In this document: piece by piece, positions 62,195-64,000 of the stretch
Position numbering within the stretch: position 1 is the first letter of the stretch
How the letters are laid out: each line of letters opens with the position of its first letter
Assembly (NCBI GenBank): GCA_040772485.1
Contig: JAXGYC010000007.1
Location: 480,001-544,000, forward strand
Reading direction: 5' to 3'
DNA from: Sedimentisphaerales bacterium
GTDB taxonomy: Bacteria > Planctomycetota > Phycisphaerae > Sedimentisphaerales > Anaerobacaceae
Length of the DNA stretch: 64,000 nucleotides
The notes under the pieces: generated by a model
Seen by the model: the letters and a program-made list of their open reading frames with translations, nothing else
Databases searched by the model: none
Told to the model about the DNA's origin: nothing
Position numbers and translations under genes: made by a program

Positions 62195-64000
62195 ATGACG
62201 TCGAATGACAAATCCCGGACGAGGCAATTCACATTCACCCTGACAGCCGTCATCGCCCTGTCGACTGCCGTTGCCCTTGGAGGCGAATGCATCATATTCA
62301 GTGAGGAGCTCCCGGACGGCGCTGATTTTGCGTTGCGCGGCGACAGCCAGTTTGTGGTCAGCGACTCGGCCCCCTACCGAGGCGCAAATCACTTGAAACG
62401 CGACTTTGCCACCTATGGGAGCTGGGCCTGGATTACAGGCATCATGAATCTGAATCTGGACCTGTCCGGCATCGACTTCGACACCGCTTATCTCGAGTTC
62501 TACATCGACGGCGGGACGAGCCCCATCAGCTACCTGGAACTGAGGCTGGCGGGCCCCGAGTGGGATCCGGACTTTCAGACTACCAGCGTCACCGTGGATG
62601 ACCAGCCCGGCTATCAATTGGTGCAAGTGATGCTCAGGGATTTCACAAGCAATGGAGTCCGTCCGGCGAACCTCGACGAGTTCACGGGAGGAACGGGCAC
62701 GATCGACCGGATTTCGTGGGGGTTTGAGGCGGCCGGTGATCTGTTGATCGACGAGGTTCGGATTCTCGATGCGGAAGGCGGCGTCATGTCCATTGCCACT
62801 CATCCCGTTCCGGCCGATGGAGCAGCCGACGTACCCAGAGATGCGACCCTAAGTTGGAGGCCCGGCCAGTTCGCCAACACGCATGATGTCTATTTCGGGA
62901 CCTCCTTTGAGGATGTGAATGCGGCCAGTCGGCAAAGTCCCCGGGGGGTCATGGTCAGCCAGGACCAGCAGGGCACAACCTTTGAGTCTGCCGCTCTTCT
63001 CGAGTTCGGCGCCACCTGCTACTGGCGCATCGACGAGGTGAACGCGGCGCCGGACTATACGATCTTCAAGGGCGAGGTCTGGAGCTTCACGGTCGAACCG
63101 TTCGCCTATCCGATTGCGAACGTCATCGCGACCAGCAATGGCACCTCCGATGCCGTGTCCACGCCGCAACGCACGGTGGATGGCTCGGGCATCAACGCCG
63201 ACGATCAAGCCTCGGTCAAAGCCGCCGACATGTGGCTGGCCTACCCGCCGGCCGAGGGGACCCTCTATATCCAGTACGAGTTCGACTCTCTTTACAGGCT
63301 CCACGAGATGCTCGTCTGGAACTACAACGTCCTGTTCGAGCCGATGCTCGGGTTCGGGCTTAAGGATGTCACGGTGGAGTATTCCGATAACGGGACCGAC
63401 TGGACGGCGCTGGGCGACGTCGAGTTCGCCAGGGCGACGGCGACCACCACGTATACCGCGAACACGATCGTCAGTTTCGGCGGCGCGGCGGCCCGGTACG
63501 TGCGGCTGAACGTCAACAGCGGCTACGGGCTCATAGGGCAGTATGGTCTCAGCGAGGTCCGGTTCATGTATATCCCCGCATACGCCCGCCAGCCGCAGCC
63601 GGCCGACGGGGCCACCGACGTGGAAATCGGCACGGCCCTGGCTTGGCGAAGCGGCCGCAACGCTGCCTCGCACGAGGTGCATCTGGGCACGGACCCGGCG
63701 GCCCTGACGTTGGCCGGCACGGTCGACAGCCCGACGTTTGCGCCCGAGGGCATCGAGTTCGGGAGCACCTACTACTGGCAGATCGTGGAAGTCAACGAAG
63801 CGGATGCGGTGACCGCATGGCCCGGCGACGTCTGGAGCTTCTCGACGCAGGAGTACGTCCTGATCGACGGATTCGAGACGTACGACGACAACCTCGACGC
63901 CAAGACGACGATCTTCGACACCTGGCTGGACGGCTGGGTCAACGGCAGCGGCTCAACGGTCGGGTATCTCAACGCCCCGTTTGCCGAGCAGACCATCGTC
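62195..64000 (+). CDS. Secreted discoidin-like multidomain protein, paralog of 45979-48255 (runs off the window end)
   Basis: GAGGAG RBS, MTSNDKSRTRQFTFTLTAVIALSTAVALG signal; absent from the ORF track because there is no stop in the window; shares an 885-bp block with 46903-47787. Confidence 0.85.
   Translation, partial: MTSNDKSRTRQFTFTLTAVIALSTAVALGGECIIFSEELPDGADFALRGDSQFVVSDSAPYRGANHLKRDFATYGSWAWITGIMNLNLDLSGIDFDTAYLEFYIDGGTSPISYLELRLAGPEWDPDFQTTSVTVDDQPGYQLVQVMLRDFTSNGVRPANLDEFTGGTGTIDRISWGFEAAGDLLIDEVRILDAEGGVMSIATHPVPADGAADVPRDATLSWRPGQFANTHDVYFGTSFEDVNAASRQSPRGVMVSQDQQGTTFESAALLEFGATCYWRIDEVNAAPDYTIFKGEVWSFTVEPFAYPIANVIATSNGTSDAVSTPQRTVDGSGINADDQASVKAADMWLAYPPAEGTLYIQYEFDSLYRLHEMLVWNYNVLFEPMLGFGLKDVTVEYSDNGTDWTALGDVEFARATATTTYTANTIVSFGGAAARYVRLNVNSGYGLIGQYGLSEVRFMYIPAYARQPQPADGATDVEIGTALAWRSGRNAASHEVHLGTDPAALTLAGTVDSPTFAPEGIEFGSTYYWQIVEVNEADAVTAWPGDVWSFSTQEYVLIDGFETYDDNLDAKTTIFDTWLDGWVNGSGSTVGYLNAPFAEQTIV

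Overview
GC-rich bacterial chromosomal window. The gene content (two prepilin/H-X9-DG-type proteins, Tat-exported Gfo/Idh/MocA oxidoreductase, ThuA and PQQ-propeller proteins, many CAZymes, paralogous discoidin-like secreted proteins) suggests a planctomycete, probably Phycisphaerae; this is an inference, not a database result. 0-13 kb holds housekeeping and envelope genes (nucleotide-sugar dehydrogenase, PHP tyrosine phosphatase, HtrA, S8 protease, short rho-hemW-lepA). 14-31 kb is glycan catabolism (GH97, GH10, NanA plus a Kelch/NanM-SSS fusion, GH29, GH78). 30.7-34.4 kb is an unusual operon: ECF sigma factor, small protein, an archaeal-type ThrRS editing domain fused to an unknown domain, an SSS transporter and a small membrane protein. 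44-64 kb is a repeat-rich accessory region (HNH-AP2 nuclease, REP/REPIN-like hairpins, heptamer repeats, three TA loci, IS66 and RAYT remnants, a DUF4238 islet). The most striking unexplained structure is at 48.6-50.8 kb: 14 co-oriented copies of a 23-bp near-perfect palindrome (core TACCTGCGAWTCGCAGGTA), mostly spaced 110-127 bp apart, with a PadR-family gene in the middle (7 copies each side). The array is bracketed by a 67-bp direct repeat and abuts a RAYT transposase remnant. No cas genes, rRNA or tRNA genes were recognised. All product calls come from motif recognition by eye, and several start codons were re-picked from RBS context.
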